Shown here: piece after piece, positions 1 to 10,847 of the stretch
Layout: each line of letters starts with the position of its first letter
Position numbering within the stretch: position 1 is the first letter of the stretch
Source: an uncultured Thalassospiraceae bacterium
GTDB lineage: Bacteria; Pseudomonadota; Alphaproteobacteria; Rhodospirillales; JAPHRK01
Reading direction: 5' to 3'
Assembly (NCBI GenBank): GCA_965368165.1
Contig: CBDULT010000012.1
Span: 65,349-129,348 of the forward strand
DNA length: 64,000 nt
Program-made: the position numbers and the translations under genes
Notes under the pieces: generated by a model
The model's input: the letters and a program-made list of their open reading frames with translations, nothing else
Database searches by the model: none
What the model was told of the DNA's origin: nothing

Positions 1-1608
1 AAGCCAACCCTAGCAGCTTTTGCTGCTCGTTCTTCTTTTGTTGATTGGAAGGACGCCAAGATCGCGACCTTTACCCCCAGCCGAATTAAGATTGAAGTGC
101 TCTCAGGACTGACAGTGGCCTTGGCTCTGGTTCCTGAAGCGGTGGCTTTCTCTTTTGTTGCTGGCGTGCACCCCCTTGTCGGTCTTTACGCCGCCTTTAT
201 TGTCGGGCTGATCACAGCCCTTATGGGGGGGCGTCCCGGCATGATCTCTGGGGCGACAGGTGCTTTGGCTGTGGTGATGGTTTCCTTGGTGGCAATTCAT
301 GGGGTTGAGTATCTCTTTGCCACCGTTGTTTTGATGGGAATTTTGCAGATTTTGGCAGGGGTTTTCCATCTGGGAAAATTCATTCGTTTGGTTCCTCATC
401 CGGTTATGCTGGGGTTCGTGAATGGTCTGGCGATTGTTATTTGTCTGGCGCAACTGAGCCAATTCCAAATTCAAGGCCCTGAAGAAGGCGTAAAAGTCTG
501 GATGTCAGGTTGGCCCTTAGCCAGAATGTTGGCTTTGGTGGCTTTAACCATGGCAATCATTTGGCTGTTGCCCAAAATAACCAAGGTTGTTCCGGCACCT
601 TTGGCTGGAATTGGTATTGTCGCCGCCATCGTTATTTTCTTTGGCATTGACGTTCCTCGGGTGGGTGATTTGGCTTCCATCAAAGGAGGGCTGCCAGAAT
701 TTCATATTCCCACAGTGCCTTTGACCCTTGAGTCTCTAAAAATTATTTTCCCCTACGCTTTAATCCTGGCGGCAATTGGCCTCATTGAGAGCTTGCTGAC
801 CCTCAACCTTGTGGGTGAAATGACAGGGCGTCGCAGCGGGGCGTCGCAAGAATGCGTCGCCCAAGGTCTGGCAAATACGGTGACGGGCTTTTTCGGGGGC
901 ATGGGAGGCTGTGCGATGATCGGTCAGTCCATGATCAATGTTAAATCTGGCGGTCGCACGCGATTATCTGGCATTGCCGCGGCTCTTTTCTTGCTGAGTT
1001 TTATTCTCTTTGCTTCAGATATGATTGAGCAAATCCCCCTTGCTGCTCTAGTTGGGGTGATGTTCATGGTGGTGATTGGTACATTTGCTTGGCAAAGTCT
1101 GATGATCCTGCGGCGCATTCCCCTTACCGATGCTTTGGTGATGATTTTGGTCACCGTGGTGACGGTGATGAGCGATCTTGCCATTGCGGTGGTGGTTGGG
1201 GTCATTGTTTCCGCTCTGGCTTTTGCCTGGAAAAATGCCACTCATATTCATGCCTCGGTCCATGTGGTTGATAAAGACACCATGGTTTATCAAATTGAAG
1301 GGCCGCTTTTCTTTGGCTCTATCGACGGTTTCTCTGGTTTGTTTAAGCCCCATAGTGACCCCGATTTGGTGATCGTGGACTTCATGAACAGCCAAGTTGT
1401 GGATCAGTCAGCCTTGCAGGCCATCGAAGACCTTGCCTTGAAATATCAAAAACATGGTAAAACGTTGCAATTGCGCCACCTCTCCCGTGATTGCCATCGT
1501 TTGCTCAACCGGGCCGGACAATTGATTGTCGATTCAGATGATGACCCCGATTACGGAATTGCCGTCGATTATTCCATCAGAACCGGTATGTTTGGCAGCG
1601 GGCATTAA
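1..1608 (+). CDS. SulP-family anion transporter with C-terminal STAS domain (5' end probably off-window)
   Basis: The ORF track gives 97..1608 with a GTG start, but the same frame is open from base 1 ([32 protein letters not shown]), so the true start is likely upstream of the window. Multi-TM SulP core; STAS-like tail [38 protein letters not shown]. Confidence 0.85.
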   Translation, partial: KPTLAAFAARSSFVDWKDAKIATFTPSRIKIEVLSGLTVALALVPEAVAFSFVAGVHPLVGLYAAFIVGLITALMGGRPGMISGATGALAVVMVSLVAIHGVEYLFATVVLMGILQILAGVFHLGKFIRLVPHPVMLGFVNGLAIVICLAQLSQFQIQGPEEGVKVWMSGWPLARMLALVALTMAIIWLLPKITKVVPAPLAGIGIVAAIVIFFGIDVPRVGDLASIKGGLPEFHIPTVPLTLESLKIIFPYALILAAIGLIESLLTLNLVGEMTGRRSGASQECVAQGLANTVTGFFGGMGGCAMIGQSMINVKSGGRTRLSGIAAALFLLSFILFASDMIEQIPLAALVGVMFMVVIGTFAWQSLMILRRIPLTDALVMILVTVVTVMSDLAIAVVVGVIVSALAFAWKNATHIHASVHVVDKDTMVYQIEGPLFFGSIDGFSGLFKPHSDPDLVIVDFMNSQVVDQSALQAIEDLALKYQKHGKTLQLRHLSRDCHRLLNRAGQLIVDSDDDPDYGIAVDYSIRTGMFGSGH

Positions 1609-1616
1609 ATAATTAC

Positions 1617-2801
1617 TTACACCACATCCAGACGGGGCTTAGGGGGTTCTAAATCTTCACTTGGTCCCTCTTCGCCCAGTTCCACGTTCTGAATTTTCTC
1701 GCCACGGCTAATGACTTTTTTAGTCGATGTGCGGATTAGGTTGATATCACGACTGGTTTGGTCAAAGTGCTTGGCGAGGTTTTCCACCCGGTTGTCTAGA
1801 CGGGCCACATCATCCATCATGGTGGCGACTTCTTTTTGGATCAGCCCGGCCTGTTCGCGCATTTGGGCATCTTTAAGCACAGCCCGTACCGTATTGAGGG
1901 TCGCCATCATAGTGGTGGGTGAGACAATCCACACCCGACGCTTAAATGATTCTTCAACCACATTGCGGAAGTTGGCATGGAGTTCTGCATAAACGGCTTC
2001 GCTTGGCAAAAACATCAAAGCGGATTCAGCGGTTTCACCAGGAATAATATACCGCTCAGAAATATCTTTTACATGCTTGAGAATATCAGCAGAGAAAGTT
2101 CGACTTGCCTGGACCTTGTTAATATCGTCTTCAGCATCCATCAGGTTTTGATAGCTCTCCAGGGGGAACTTGGAGTCCACAGCAATGGAGCCGGGAGGGT
2201 TCGGCAAGAGCAAAAGACAATCGGCACGTTTGCCGTTGGAGAGGGTCGATTGAAAGGCATAGGCTGAGGGCGGCAGGGCATTCTTAACTAAATCGTTAAG
2301 TTGAATTTCTCCAAAAGCCCCCCGGGCTTGTTTATTAGAAAGGATATCCTGCAAGCCGACAACCTTGCTGGAAAGTTCAGTCAAATTACGTTGGGCCGCA
2401 TCGATCACTGCGAGCCGTTCATGCAAAGCCGACATGGTTTCCCCGGTTTTTGAGGCATGTTGGTGGAGGTTTTCTCCTAGGCGTTGGGAAAGATGCCCAA
2501 GGCGATCTTCCAGAGTCTTTGAGATTGCGCGCTCCTGGGCCTGAACCCGCTCCGCCGCATGGTGCTGCGCCTGGGCTTGGCTTTCGCTCAAAGCAGCTAA
2601 GCGGCCTGCGAGTTCACTTTGCGATGCCGCCAAGGTTTTGGTGATTTCGGCTAAACCTTGAGTATTTTCTGCCGCTTCAGCCCGGCTTTTTTCACCGCGT
2701 AAATATAGGGCAATCATCAGGCAAAATGCCCCAATTCCTAAAACCAATGCGCCAAAAGCCAAAGGGTTGGTATTTATTATGTTTACTATCTGTTCTTGCA
2801 T
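1617..2801 (-). CDS. rmuC: DNA recombination protein RmuC
   Basis: N-terminal TM helix, coiled coil, then RmuC core (GAFGEIQLNDLV, RADCLLLLP, IAVDSKFPLESY, MFLPSEAVYAELH). The ORF-track start at 2843 is TTG; I prefer the first ATG at 2801 (MQEQIVNI). Confidence 0.85.
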   Translation of the reverse strand: MQEQIVNIINTNPLAFGALVLGIGAFCLMIALYLRGEKSRAEAAENTQGLAEITKTLAASQSELAGRLAALSESQAQAQHHAAERVQAQERAISKTLEDRLGHLSQRLGENLHQHASKTGETMSALHERLAVIDAAQRNLTELSSKVVGLQDILSNKQARGAFGEIQLNDLVKNALPPSAYAFQSTLSNGKRADCLLLLPNPPGSIAVDSKFPLESYQNLMDAEDDINKVQASRTFSADILKHVKDISERYIIPGETAESALMFLPSEAVYAELHANFRNVVEESFKRRVWIVSPTTMMATLNTVRAVLKDAQMREQAGLIQKEVATMMDDVARLDNRVENLAKHFDQTSRDINLIRTSTKKVISRGEKIQNVELGEEGPSEDLEPPKPRLDVV

Positions 2802-2907
2802 GCAGACACTTTGCCCGACCCTGATTAAGAACTCAAGAGGCAATTGCCTTGCTATAGCCCTATTTTGTGAACAAAATTAGGGTATGAAAAAATCAGAGGA
2901 GAGATTT

Positions 2908-4329
2908 ATGGGTCGGGTTTCGTTCTTAACCACCGTCATATACATGATGACAAGCTTTGGGTTGGCAGTAGCTGGGGAAGTCGAAATCTCGGCAAAAGAC
3001 CGAACCAATCTAGCGGTCACTCTCTATAGCAACGGCTTTGCTATGATCGACGAAACCCGGACAATTCGTGCCCTTAAGGGGATTAATAACTTTGCTCTGA
3101 CGGGGATTGCCAACCAAATCAGTACGGATACGGTTCTCATTGAAGCTGAAGGGTTAGATGTCCTGGAAATTGGCTATGACAAAACCACCCTTTCTCCCCA
3201 TACATTGCTCGAGCGCAACGTGGGCAAAGAGATTTTAATTGAGAATACACACCCACAATCAGGTAAAATCAGCCGACAAAAGGCAACGCTGATAAGCATC
3301 AATAACGGCATTGTTGTAGAAATTAATGGTGAACTTTATTCAAAAAACCCTAGTCAGTTCGTTTACCCATCGGCATTTAAGAACCAACTTCGCACGGAAC
3401 CCGCTTTAACCTTGATGGCGGAAGCTGAGAACGAAAATCTAAAAAATGTTCATCTGAGTTATCTTGCGCGTGGTTTCAGTTGGCGGGCAAATTATATCGC
3501 CGTTCTCAACCAAAATGAAACAGCTCTTGAATTGACAGGCCGGGCAACCCTCACCAACTCAGGCGGAATGGACTTTGAAAATGCTGCCATGACCCTGATC
3601 GCCGGGCAGGTCAACGCGCCTCAAAGGGCTATGCGAAAACAGTTGAGATCTGCTCCCATGGCAATGTCAGCTATGTCGTCTGATGCCGTGGCTGAAAGTG
3701 CACCTCGGCAATCTTTCTCTAACCAACACCTTTACACTCTTCCTGGACTAAGGACACTCCGTGCTGGAGAGAGTAAACAAGCCGTGTTGTTTAAAGCCCC
3801 CAAAGTGAAACTTGAGCGGCGTTATGTGTTTACGGGAGGGGTCATTGGGGGATATCAGCGGGAAGAAACGCTAGAGAAAGCCAATCTTCGAATCCGTTTT
3901 ATAAATAACTCTCAAGAAGGTCTAGGTGTTCCTTTGCCAAGTGGAACGTTAAACGCTTACAAAAAAGATAAAGCGGGCATTCTTCGTTACGTGGGGCAAA
4001 ATAATCTTGGAGATATCCCTATTGATAAAACCGGGCAACTTGCCCTTGGCAAAGCTTTTGATATTTCCCTCAAACGTATCCAGACGGACTTTAAATATAC
4101 CGGAAATAAAAATCGAAACTATGAAAATGCCTGGAAGTTGGAGATTTCCAATTCAAAAGCCGAAGAGGTCCTTGTCACCCTTGAAGAACGCATGCACGGT
4201 GACTGGAAAATTATTCAATCAAGCCAGAAGGTACAGTCTAAAACGGCCCAAAATGCTGTTTGGCAGATAAAAGTTCCGGCTAACGGAAAATCGACTCTTA
4301 CCTATCGGGTTGCTGTTAATAACAGATAA
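2908..4329 (+). CDS. Secreted DUF4139-like protein (mucoidy-inhibitor MuiA-like family)
   Basis: The ATG at 2908 follows AGAGGAGAG with good spacing, and the product begins with a signal-like peptide (MGRVSFLTTVIYMMTSFGLAVAG). The ORF track also allows 2884. The block LSYLARGFSWRANYIAVLNQNETALELTGRATLTNSGGMDFENAAMTLIAGQVN matches my memory of DUF4139. Confidence 0.6.
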   Translation: MGRVSFLTTVIYMMTSFGLAVAGEVEISAKDRTNLAVTLYSNGFAMIDETRTIRALKGINNFALTGIANQISTDTVLIEAEGLDVLEIGYDKTTLSPHTLLERNVGKEILIENTHPQSGKISRQKATLISINNGIVVEINGELYSKNPSQFVYPSAFKNQLRTEPALTLMAEAENENLKNVHLSYLARGFSWRANYIAVLNQNETALELTGRATLTNSGGMDFENAAMTLIAGQVNAPQRAMRKQLRSAPMAMSAMSSDAVAESAPRQSFSNQHLYTLPGLRTLRAGESKQAVLFKAPKVKLERRYVFTGGVIGGYQREETLEKANLRIRFINNSQEGLGVPLPSGTLNAYKKDKAGILRYVGQNNLGDIPIDKTGQLALGKAFDISLKRIQTDFKYTGNKNRNYENAWKLEISNSKAEEVLVTLEERMHGDWKIIQSSQKVQSKTAQNAVWQIKVPANGKSTLTYRVAVNNR

Positions 4330-4458
4330 CCAAACTTCGTTTGGAATTATTTTAAGGGCTTTAACGCGCCTTGAGTTAAGGGACATAAATATTGACCTTT
4401 AACCCGGCTACCCTTATGTGGTGGGGCTTAAGACCTATCACAGAATTAAGAGAAGCCT

Positions 4459-4974
4459 ATGGCCCTGCTGCCCATCCTTACCGCTCCCGACCCTCGCCTG
4501 AAGAAAAAAAGCCTTCCGGTTGAGAAAGTTGACGACGAAATTAAAAAGCTCATGAGCGATATGCTGGAGACCATGTATGATGCCCCTGGCATTGGCCTTG
4601 CGGCCCCCCAAGTGGGTGTGCTTAAGCGCGTGCTGGTCATTGACATTACCAAAGATGAAGAAACCGAAGGCACCCCTATGTGTATGGCCAACCCGGAAAT
4701 TATCTGGGCTTCGGATGAAAAAGTTACTTATGAAGAAGGCTGCCTGTCGGTGCCGGAGCAATTTGCTGAGGTCAAAAGACCCGAAGAGGTAAAAGTTCGC
4801 TATCTTGACCAAGAAAATGAAATCCGTGAAATGAAGATTGATGGCTTGATGGCTACATGTGTGCAACATGAAATTGATCATCTGGAAGGTGTTTTATTTG
4901 TTGATCACCTCTCCACAGTGAAGCGTGGCATGATGATGCGTAAGGCGAAGAAGAGCAAAAAACAAACCATGTAA
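4459..4974 (+). CDS. def: Peptide deformylase
   Basis: Motifs [17 protein letters not shown] and HEIDHLEG; sits directly upstream of fmt. Confidence 0.96.
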   Translation: MALLPILTAPDPRLKKKSLPVEKVDDEIKKLMSDMLETMYDAPGIGLAAPQVGVLKRVLVIDITKDEETEGTPMCMANPEIIWASDEKVTYEEGCLSVPEQFAEVKRPEEVKVRYLDQENEIREMKIDGLMATCVQHEIDHLEGVLFVDHLSTVKRGMMMRKAKKSKKQTM

Positions 4975-4984
4975 GGACCACCCT

Positions 4985-5908
4985 ATGCCAGCCCTTCGAC
5001 TCGTCTTTATGGGAACACCTGATTTCTCCGTCCCAATTCTTGAGGCTCTGATTGGGGCCGGACATGAGGTGATTTGCGCCTATAGCCAACCTCCTAAACC
5101 GGTCGGCCGAGGACACAAAACCCGCCCCACTCCGGTACATGCTTTTGCCGAAGAAAAAGGCATCGAAGTTCGGACTCCTAAGAATTTTAAAGACAACGCG
5201 GATAAGCAAGCCTTTATAGATTTAGAGGCCGACCTGGCCATTGTCGTTGCCTATGGCCTTATCCTTCCAAAGCCTATTCTTGAGGCCCCTCGCTTGGGTT
5301 GTGTCAATATTCATGCCTCTTTACTGCCTCGCTGGCGTGGAGCTGCTCCCATCCAACGGGCTATCCTGGCAGGTGATAAAGAAAGCGGTGTCACCATTAT
5401 GCAAATGGATGAAGGGCTCGACACCGGGGATATGTTGATGGGTGAAACCATTCGTCTTACCCCCCGGACAACGGCTGAAGAGTTGCATGATAATCTTGCC
5501 AAACTTGGTGCTGAGCTGATTGTTAAGGCTGTCTCGGGGTTGGACGAAGGCCGTTTGGTCGCAGTGCCTCAACCTGAACAAGGGGTAACCTACGCCTCAA
5601 AACTTGAGAAAAATGAAGGCCGCCTGGATTGGTCAAAACCTGCTCTTGAATTACAACGGGCCATTAACGCTTTCACGCCTTGGCCGGGCGCAACATTTAA
5701 CCACGGGGAAACCCGTATCAAGGTGCTGGAAGCTGAAGTGGTTGAAGCGAGTGGCCCCCCTGGCACTGTTTTAGATGATGCCTTAACAATCGCCTGTGGA
5801 GACCAGGCATTGCGACCTTTAAAAGTCCAGCGTCCAGGCAAAGGGCCGATGGAAACCCAAGCCTTGTTGCGTGGCTATCAAATTCCGCCTGGGGCTGTGC
5901 TGAACTGA
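4985..5908 (+). CDS. fmt: Methionyl-tRNA formyltransferase
   Basis: [31 protein letters not shown] and C-terminal transformylase domain; def-fmt order. Confidence 0.96.
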   Translation: MPALRLVFMGTPDFSVPILEALIGAGHEVICAYSQPPKPVGRGHKTRPTPVHAFAEEKGIEVRTPKNFKDNADKQAFIDLEADLAIVVAYGLILPKPILEAPRLGCVNIHASLLPRWRGAAPIQRAILAGDKESGVTIMQMDEGLDTGDMLMGETIRLTPRTTAEELHDNLAKLGAELIVKAVSGLDEGRLVAVPQPEQGVTYASKLEKNEGRLDWSKPALELQRAINAFTPWPGATFNHGETRIKVLEAEVVEASGPPGTVLDDALTIACGDQALRPLKVQRPGKGPMETQALLRGYQIPPGAVLN

Positions 5909-6651
5909 TGCCCCGCTATAAAATCACCATAGAATATGACGGCAGCGGGTTGGTCGGATGGCAACGCCAGGATAATGGCCCCTCGGTACAAGAAACTTTA
6001 GAGCGGGCCTTGAGTAAACTTTCCCCCAATGAGGAAGTCCCAACCGTTTTTGGGGCCGGGCGCACCGATGCTGGGGTTCATGCCCTCGCCCAGGTTGGGC
6101 ATTTTGATCTCAAAGCCGATTTGACCCCCGATAAAGTCCGGGATGGCATAAATTATTACCTGCGCCAAACCCAGGTGAGTGTTCTTAAAGCCGAGTTGAC
6201 CGATGGAGAATTTAATTCCCGTTTCGATGCCAAGGGCCGGGCATATCTCTACCGCATTCTTAACCGCCGCCCTCGGGTCGCCATGGAGCGAGGACGGGTG
6301 TGGCATGTAAAAGTGCCTCTTGATGTAAATGCTATGCATGACGCCGCCCAAGTCCTTATTGGCAAACATGATTTTTCCACCTTTCGGGCCACAAGCTGCC
6401 AGGCTCAATCGCCGCTCAAAACCCTTGATATGATTGAGGTTACTCCTCACGGGGAAGAAATACATGTGCGGGTCAAGGCGCGTTCCTTTTTACACCACCA
6501 AGTACGCAACATCGTCGGCACTTTAAAGTTGGTTGGGAACGGGAATTGGACCAAAGAAGACGTCAAAAAAGCCCTTGAAGCCAAAAATCGTCCCGCAGGG
6601 GGTCCCACAGCTCCTGCTTGCGGACTATACCTAACCGAAGTAGTCTATTGA
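5908..6651 (+). CDS. truA: tRNA pseudouridine38-40 synthase TruA
   Basis: YDGSGLVGWQRQ, GAGRTDAGVHA and FLHHQVRNIVG. The start ATG overlaps the fmt stop (TGATG at 5906-5910). Confidence 0.95.
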   Translation: MPRYKITIEYDGSGLVGWQRQDNGPSVQETLERALSKLSPNEEVPTVFGAGRTDAGVHALAQVGHFDLKADLTPDKVRDGINYYLRQTQVSVLKAELTDGEFNSRFDAKGRAYLYRILNRRPRVAMERGRVWHVKVPLDVNAMHDAAQVLIGKHDFSTFRATSCQAQSPLKTLDMIEVTPHGEEIHVRVKARSFLHHQVRNIVGTLKLVGNGNWTKEDVKKALEAKNRPAGGPTAPACGLYLTEVVY

Positions 6652-6706
6652 CAGTTCGTGCCCCAAACGATCTAAGCTTGGGATAATTTATAAACAGGAG
6701 GTTAGT

Positions 6707-7009
6707 GTGGCGCAGATTGGTGATAATCGTTCAGGTTCTGACAGTTCATCGGGAAAGATGGATCTCAGTCTCACACCTCAAGAAAGCAAACCTGTTATGG
6801 GCTACGCCGCCGTTATCCTTGGTATTGTCGGAATACCTTTTAGTGCCGTTTTTACCGTCATCGGTATCATCTGCTCTTTTATCGCTTTGTTTATGGGTCA
6901 GGTTTCTTTAGGGGTAATTGGCCTCCTCCTCGGCCTCGCCGGTATTATCACCTCCCCCATCCTCATGGGCCTAATCGGGGCCAGCACGATCTGGGCCTGG
7001 TTTAGCTAA
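6707..7009 (+). CDS. Small hypothetical membrane protein (two predicted TM helices)
   Basis: The GTG at 6707 lies 5 nt after AGGAGG (6696-6701). Hydrophilic N-terminus, then two Gly/Ile/Leu-rich hydrophobic segments. The 3' end overlaps the convergent DUF3179 gene by 39 nt. Confidence 0.5.
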   Translation: MAQIGDNRSGSDSSSGKMDLSLTPQESKPVMGYAAVILGIVGIPFSAVFTVIGIICSFIALFMGQVSLGVIGLLLGLAGIITSPILMGLIGASTIWAWFS

Positions 7010-8386
7010 AAGTTTTGCCTTCTTTGGCTTGAATCCTTGCCAGGCGAACCAATAGGCGACATGACCTGGCAACCGTTCTAAGCGGGCCCCGTTTGTATCT
7101 ACAAGGGCGTCTTCTTTGATGGTCCATAAGTGTCCCATTTTGTCTTTTATTTGTGACGAAGTTGGGCCTGCGACGAATCTTTGCCCTTCGGCTCGATAGG
7201 CCCGGACAGTTCGAGTTTTAGTCTGACCAATCAGCACCACGCCTTGACCTCCCAGTTGGTCATTTACCACAGCCCCGCCCTCAAAGAGGGATAGGGGCCA
7301 GGCTTTTTCCTCCGTTGTCGTCCGCAAAGCGAAGACATAGTCTTTAGGGTCATGGCGTTTATTGGTTATTAAAGCCGGGAACATGAGGTCGGGAGAGTTA
7401 AAATAGGCTCCATAAGCGTTATGGGGCGTGTACTGACGGTCAAAGCCTGTCTCTAAAGACAAAACTTTACTTTTTGGGTGCTCTGTCCGCCATTTAATCC
7501 AACTGGTGATAATCACGGGCCGCACCTTGAGCTGAATATTAGAATCTGTCAGGGGGCCGACCACTGGTTGTCCGGTGAACTGGCTCCATAATGAGTGTGT
7601 TTGTTGATCATACATCAGTTTATTGGAGCGATAGAGAAAACCTGAAGACCCAAAAATAAAAGGGCGATCACGGCTCGAAAGCTTGGTTTCAAATAAAATA
7701 CCTGATCCGCAAAGGGTGCAATAAGCCAAGGCCACCGGTACGCCGCCAATGACATCATTGAACATTTCGTGCCAATCCATAATGCGGAGGGGATAAGCGC
7801 GGGTATCGCCATTAAGAGCTACGCCAAACACCAAATCCTCATCTTGAAGGTAGGAAGCTTCGAGTGCAGAGATAAGCTTGGGGTTGTTAAGAGACGGAAT
7901 TCCATCTTTACGTACCCCTCCCCAGGCAATCTCTTCTATACGAATTTTATGCTTGATGCCGGGGCTGAGGAATAGCCGGAAATCCTCATCAATTAGTGCC
8001 ATGACATCAGCTTTGAAGGCATCAAAACCGTCAAAAGGCTTGATCTCTGGGTGACCTTCAAGCCAGAGCATCCAGTCAAACCAGGAAGGCCCATGTTGCT
8101 GACCTACTAAATTTACGAGAGCGGCGTTAATATCCTGATGAGACCCGACAAACCGTAAAGCCTGGATGAGAGCAGGAACCGCATCCAGCTTCCCTCGATC
8201 TGTCAATTTCTTTAAGGCAGCTAACCGTTTTTCCCGGGAATTTCCAAACAACTGCCGGGCCAGACTTTGAACAGTCTCTTCGGTCTTGATATTTTCAATT
8301 GGGGCCGACGTTTCCTCGGCTAAAGCCATAGGGGGCTGCAGTCCCCATAAAATGGCACATAACCCTAACCTAAGAAACTTGATCAT
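6971..8386 (-). CDS. DUF3179 domain protein with N-terminal signal peptide and HEAT-like repeat
   Basis: DUF3179-like blocks: GIPSLNNP, ALNGDTRAYPLRIMDWHEMFNDVIGGVPVALAYCTLCGSG, FGSSGFLYRSNKLMYDQQTHSLWSQ, W..WRTEHP. The ATG at 8386 gives signal peptide MIKFLRLGLCAILWGLQPPMALA. The ORF-track extension to 8533 is unlikely. Confidence 0.75.
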   Translation of the reverse strand: MIKFLRLGLCAILWGLQPPMALAEETSAPIENIKTEETVQSLARQLFGNSREKRLAALKKLTDRGKLDAVPALIQALRFVGSHQDINAALVNLVGQQHGPSWFDWMLWLEGHPEIKPFDGFDAFKADVMALIDEDFRLFLSPGIKHKIRIEEIAWGGVRKDGIPSLNNPKLISALEASYLQDEDLVFGVALNGDTRAYPLRIMDWHEMFNDVIGGVPVALAYCTLCGSGILFETKLSSRDRPFIFGSSGFLYRSNKLMYDQQTHSLWSQFTGQPVVGPLTDSNIQLKVRPVIITSWIKWRTEHPKSKVLSLETGFDRQYTPHNAYGAYFNSPDLMFPALITNKRHDPKDYVFALRTTTEEKAWPLSLFEGGAVVNDQLGGQGVVLIGQTKTRTVRAYRAEGQRFVAGPTSSQIKDKMGHLWTIKEDALVDTNGARLERLPGHVAYWFAWQGFKPKKAKLLAKPGPDRAGPD

Positions 8387-8596
8387 TTTCGATACCTTCT
8401 TTTGCCTCAGATAGAGCATAGGGTGTGAGGAGGGTCGGACCAAAATCACTTTTTCGTTGAAAGCACGTGATGAAGGGCTGCCAAGAAAGGCCTTACCGAC
8501 CTGTTGCTCATATATGTTTCTGATGCTCTCCACTTGACCTGATGAGGTAACCGGACTAAGTGCAGGGCTACTCTTCTAAAAACGACGCGAGTTGTC

Positions 8597-9151
8597 ATGT
8601 CTGAAAATCAAAACCCCGGTTGGCGCGGTACGACCATTCTTTCTATCCGCAAAGGCGATAAAGTTGTTATTGCGGGCGATGGACAAGTCAGCCTGGGGCA
8701 AACGGTTATCAAAGCCAATGCCCATAAAGTGCGCCCTATTGGTGACGGTTCTGTCATTGTTGGCTTTGCCGGGGCAACAGCAGATGCCTTTACTTTGTTC
8801 GAACGCCTGGAAGCCAAGCTGGAACAATACCCAGGACAATTGACCCGCGCCTGTGTCGAACTGGCAAAAGACTGGCGAACTGATCGCTACCTGCGCAAGT
8901 TAGAGGCCATGATGGCGGTTGCTGACGAAAAAGTTTCTCTGGTTTTGACCGGGACCGGGGATGTGCTGGAGCCTGAAGACGGTATTATTGGTATTGGCTC
9001 TGGTGGCAATTATGCCTTAGCCGCTGCCAAAGCTTTGATCGACCAGGATATGGATATTGTTGATATCGCCAAGCGGTCCATGAAGGTGGCGGCAGATATC
9101 TGCGTCTATACCAACGAAAACGTTGTCATTGAGACCCTTCCTAAAAAATAA
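8597..9151 (+). CDS. hslV: ATP-dependent protease subunit HslV
   Basis: [24 protein letters not shown] with N-terminal Thr nucleophile context; followed by hslU. Confidence 0.96.
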   Translation: MSENQNPGWRGTTILSIRKGDKVVIAGDGQVSLGQTVIKANAHKVRPIGDGSVIVGFAGATADAFTLFERLEAKLEQYPGQLTRACVELAKDWRTDRYLRKLEAMMAVADEKVSLVLTGTGDVLEPEDGIIGIGSGGNYALAAAKALIDQDMDIVDIAKRSMKVAADICVYTNENVVIETLPKK

Positions 9152-9167
9152 TCGGCCTTAAAAAACT

Positions 9168-10478
9168 ATGACCAATTTTAGCCCCCGCGAGATCGTTTCC
9201 GAATTAGACCGCTACATTGTCGGTCAAGATGATGCCAAACGTGCCGTTGCCATTGCCCTGCGCAATCGCTGGCGGCGGCAGCAACTGCCCGATGATCTTA
9301 AGGAAGAGGTTCTGCCCAAGAATATCCTGATGATCGGCCCCACCGGGGTGGGTAAAACCGAAATTGCCCGTCGTCTGGCTAAGTTGGCCCAAGCACCTTT
9401 CCTTAAAGTAGAGGCGACAAAATTTACCGAAGTGGGTTATGTGGGGCGGGATGTTGAATCTATCGTCCGTGATCTGGTGGAAATTGCCATTCATCAAACC
9501 CGGGAACGCCTGCGCAAACAAGTAACAGCAAAAGCAGAGCTCTCTGCTGAAGAACGGGTGATTGATGCGCTCGTCGGGGATAATTCCTCGGAGGATACCC
9601 GGCAGAAATTCCGCAAAATGTTGCGCGAAGGGAAGCTCGATGACAAGGAAATCGAAATCAACGTTGCCGATACGAGCGGCGGCGGCATGCCTTCTTTCGA
9701 TATCCCCGGTATGCCTGGTGCCCAAATGGGTATGATCGACCTCACCGACATGTTTGGCAAAGCTTTCGGGGGCAAAACCAAACCGAAAAAGGTTAAAGTA
9801 TCAGAATCTTATGCTCTCTTGATGGATGATGAGAGCGACAAGCTGCTTGATGACGATAAGGTTGTGCGAGAAGCTATCGAAGCCGTTGAAAACAACGGTA
9901 TTGTCTTCCTTGACGAGATCGACAAAATCACCGTGCGCTCAGACCGCCAGGGCGGCGATGTCTCCCGTGAAGGGGTTCAGCGCGACCTGCTGCCTTTGAT
10001 TGAGGGCACCACAGTAGCCACCAAACACGGCACCATCAAAACCGACCATATCCTGTTTGTCGCATCGGGGGCTTTCCACGTGGCAAAGCCTTCAGATTTA
10101 TTGCCTGAACTACAAGGTCGTCTGCCCATTCGGGTTGAACTCAAAGCCCTGACAAGAAACGATTTTGTTCGCATTCTTACCGAACCGGAAGCTAATCTGG
10201 TCAAGCAATCCATCGCCATGATGGCGACCGAAGATGTGACCCTGGAATTTGACGACCAAACAATTGAAGAAATCGCCGACATTGCCGTAGAGATCAACAG
10301 CGGCGTCGAAAACATTGGCGCCCGCCGCCTGCATACCGTGATGGAAAAGCTCTTAGAAGACATCAGCTTCACCGCCACCGACCGCCCCGGCGAAACCGTC
10401 ACCATCACCCCGGATGACGTCCGCAATAACGTCGAAAGCCTCGCCAAAGATGCCGACCTGAGTAAGTTTATTCTGTAG
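9168..10478 (+). CDS. hslU: ATP-dependent protease ATPase subunit HslU
   Basis: Walker [26 protein letters not shown] and the HslU I-domain insertion. Confidence 0.97.
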   Translation: MTNFSPREIVSELDRYIVGQDDAKRAVAIALRNRWRRQQLPDDLKEEVLPKNILMIGPTGVGKTEIARRLAKLAQAPFLKVEATKFTEVGYVGRDVESIVRDLVEIAIHQTRERLRKQVTAKAELSAEERVIDALVGDNSSEDTRQKFRKMLREGKLDDKEIEINVADTSGGGMPSFDIPGMPGAQMGMIDLTDMFGKAFGGKTKPKKVKVSESYALLMDDESDKLLDDDKVVREAIEAVENNGIVFLDEIDKITVRSDRQGGDVSREGVQRDLLPLIEGTTVATKHGTIKTDHILFVASGAFHVAKPSDLLPELQGRLPIRVELKALTRNDFVRILTEPEANLVKQSIAMMATEDVTLEFDDQTIEEIADIAVEINSGVENIGARRLHTVMEKLLEDISFTATDRPGETVTITPDDVRNNVESLAKDADLSKFIL

Positions 10479-10507
10479 TTTGATGTTGGTGTGACTTAAT
10501 CATTAAT

Positions 10508-10541
10508 AAAAGGGCTACGGTAGACCGAAGCCCTTTTATTT
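10508..10541. terminator. Rho-independent terminator after hslU (possibly bidirectional)
   Basis: AAAAGGGCT / AGCCCTTTT 9-bp stem with a 12-nt loop, followed by T-rich sequence. Confidence 0.7.
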
Positions 10542-10672
10542 TACTTATCGACAAGGATGGGAAATGCTTTTTTTCCAACCTTTGAGGCGTAGATTTTACG
10601 GCCTTTAACAGTAACCCAAGGACGGAAAATCAGTTTCTTATCTTTTGGAACAGGTGCATATTTTTTAGCCAT
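10541..10672 (-). CDS. Hypothetical 43-aa highly basic protein
   Basis: The ATG at 10672 is preceded by GGAG about 8 nt upstream. Product: MAKKYAPVPKDKKLIFRPWVTVKGRKIYASKVGKKAFPILVDK. Bracketed by two hairpin terminators. No family recognised. The ORF track extends it to 10732. Confidence 0.35.
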   Translation of the reverse strand: MAKKYAPVPKDKKLIFRPWVTVKGRKIYASKVGKKAFPILVDK

Positions 10673-10812
10673 TGCTAATCTCCATGCAAATTGGAGAGTA
10701 TCACTTTGCTTGCACCAAACTTTAAAAACCACTACTTTGCAAATTGAAGTATATTGCGGTGGGTTAGAGGTTGGCTCTATGTCAGGAATACTCTTACCGA
10801 CACGGAATTAAG

Positions 10813-10845
10813 AAAACGGAGTGCGCGCCAACGCACTCCGTTTTT
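10813..10845 (-). terminator. Rho-independent terminator of the higB / HTH-ImmA operon
   Basis: AAAACGGAGTGCG / CGCACTCCGTTTT 13-bp stem with a 6-nt loop, starting 3 nt after the stop at 10848-10850. U-tract present on both strands. Confidence 0.75.
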
Positions 10846-10847
10846 GA

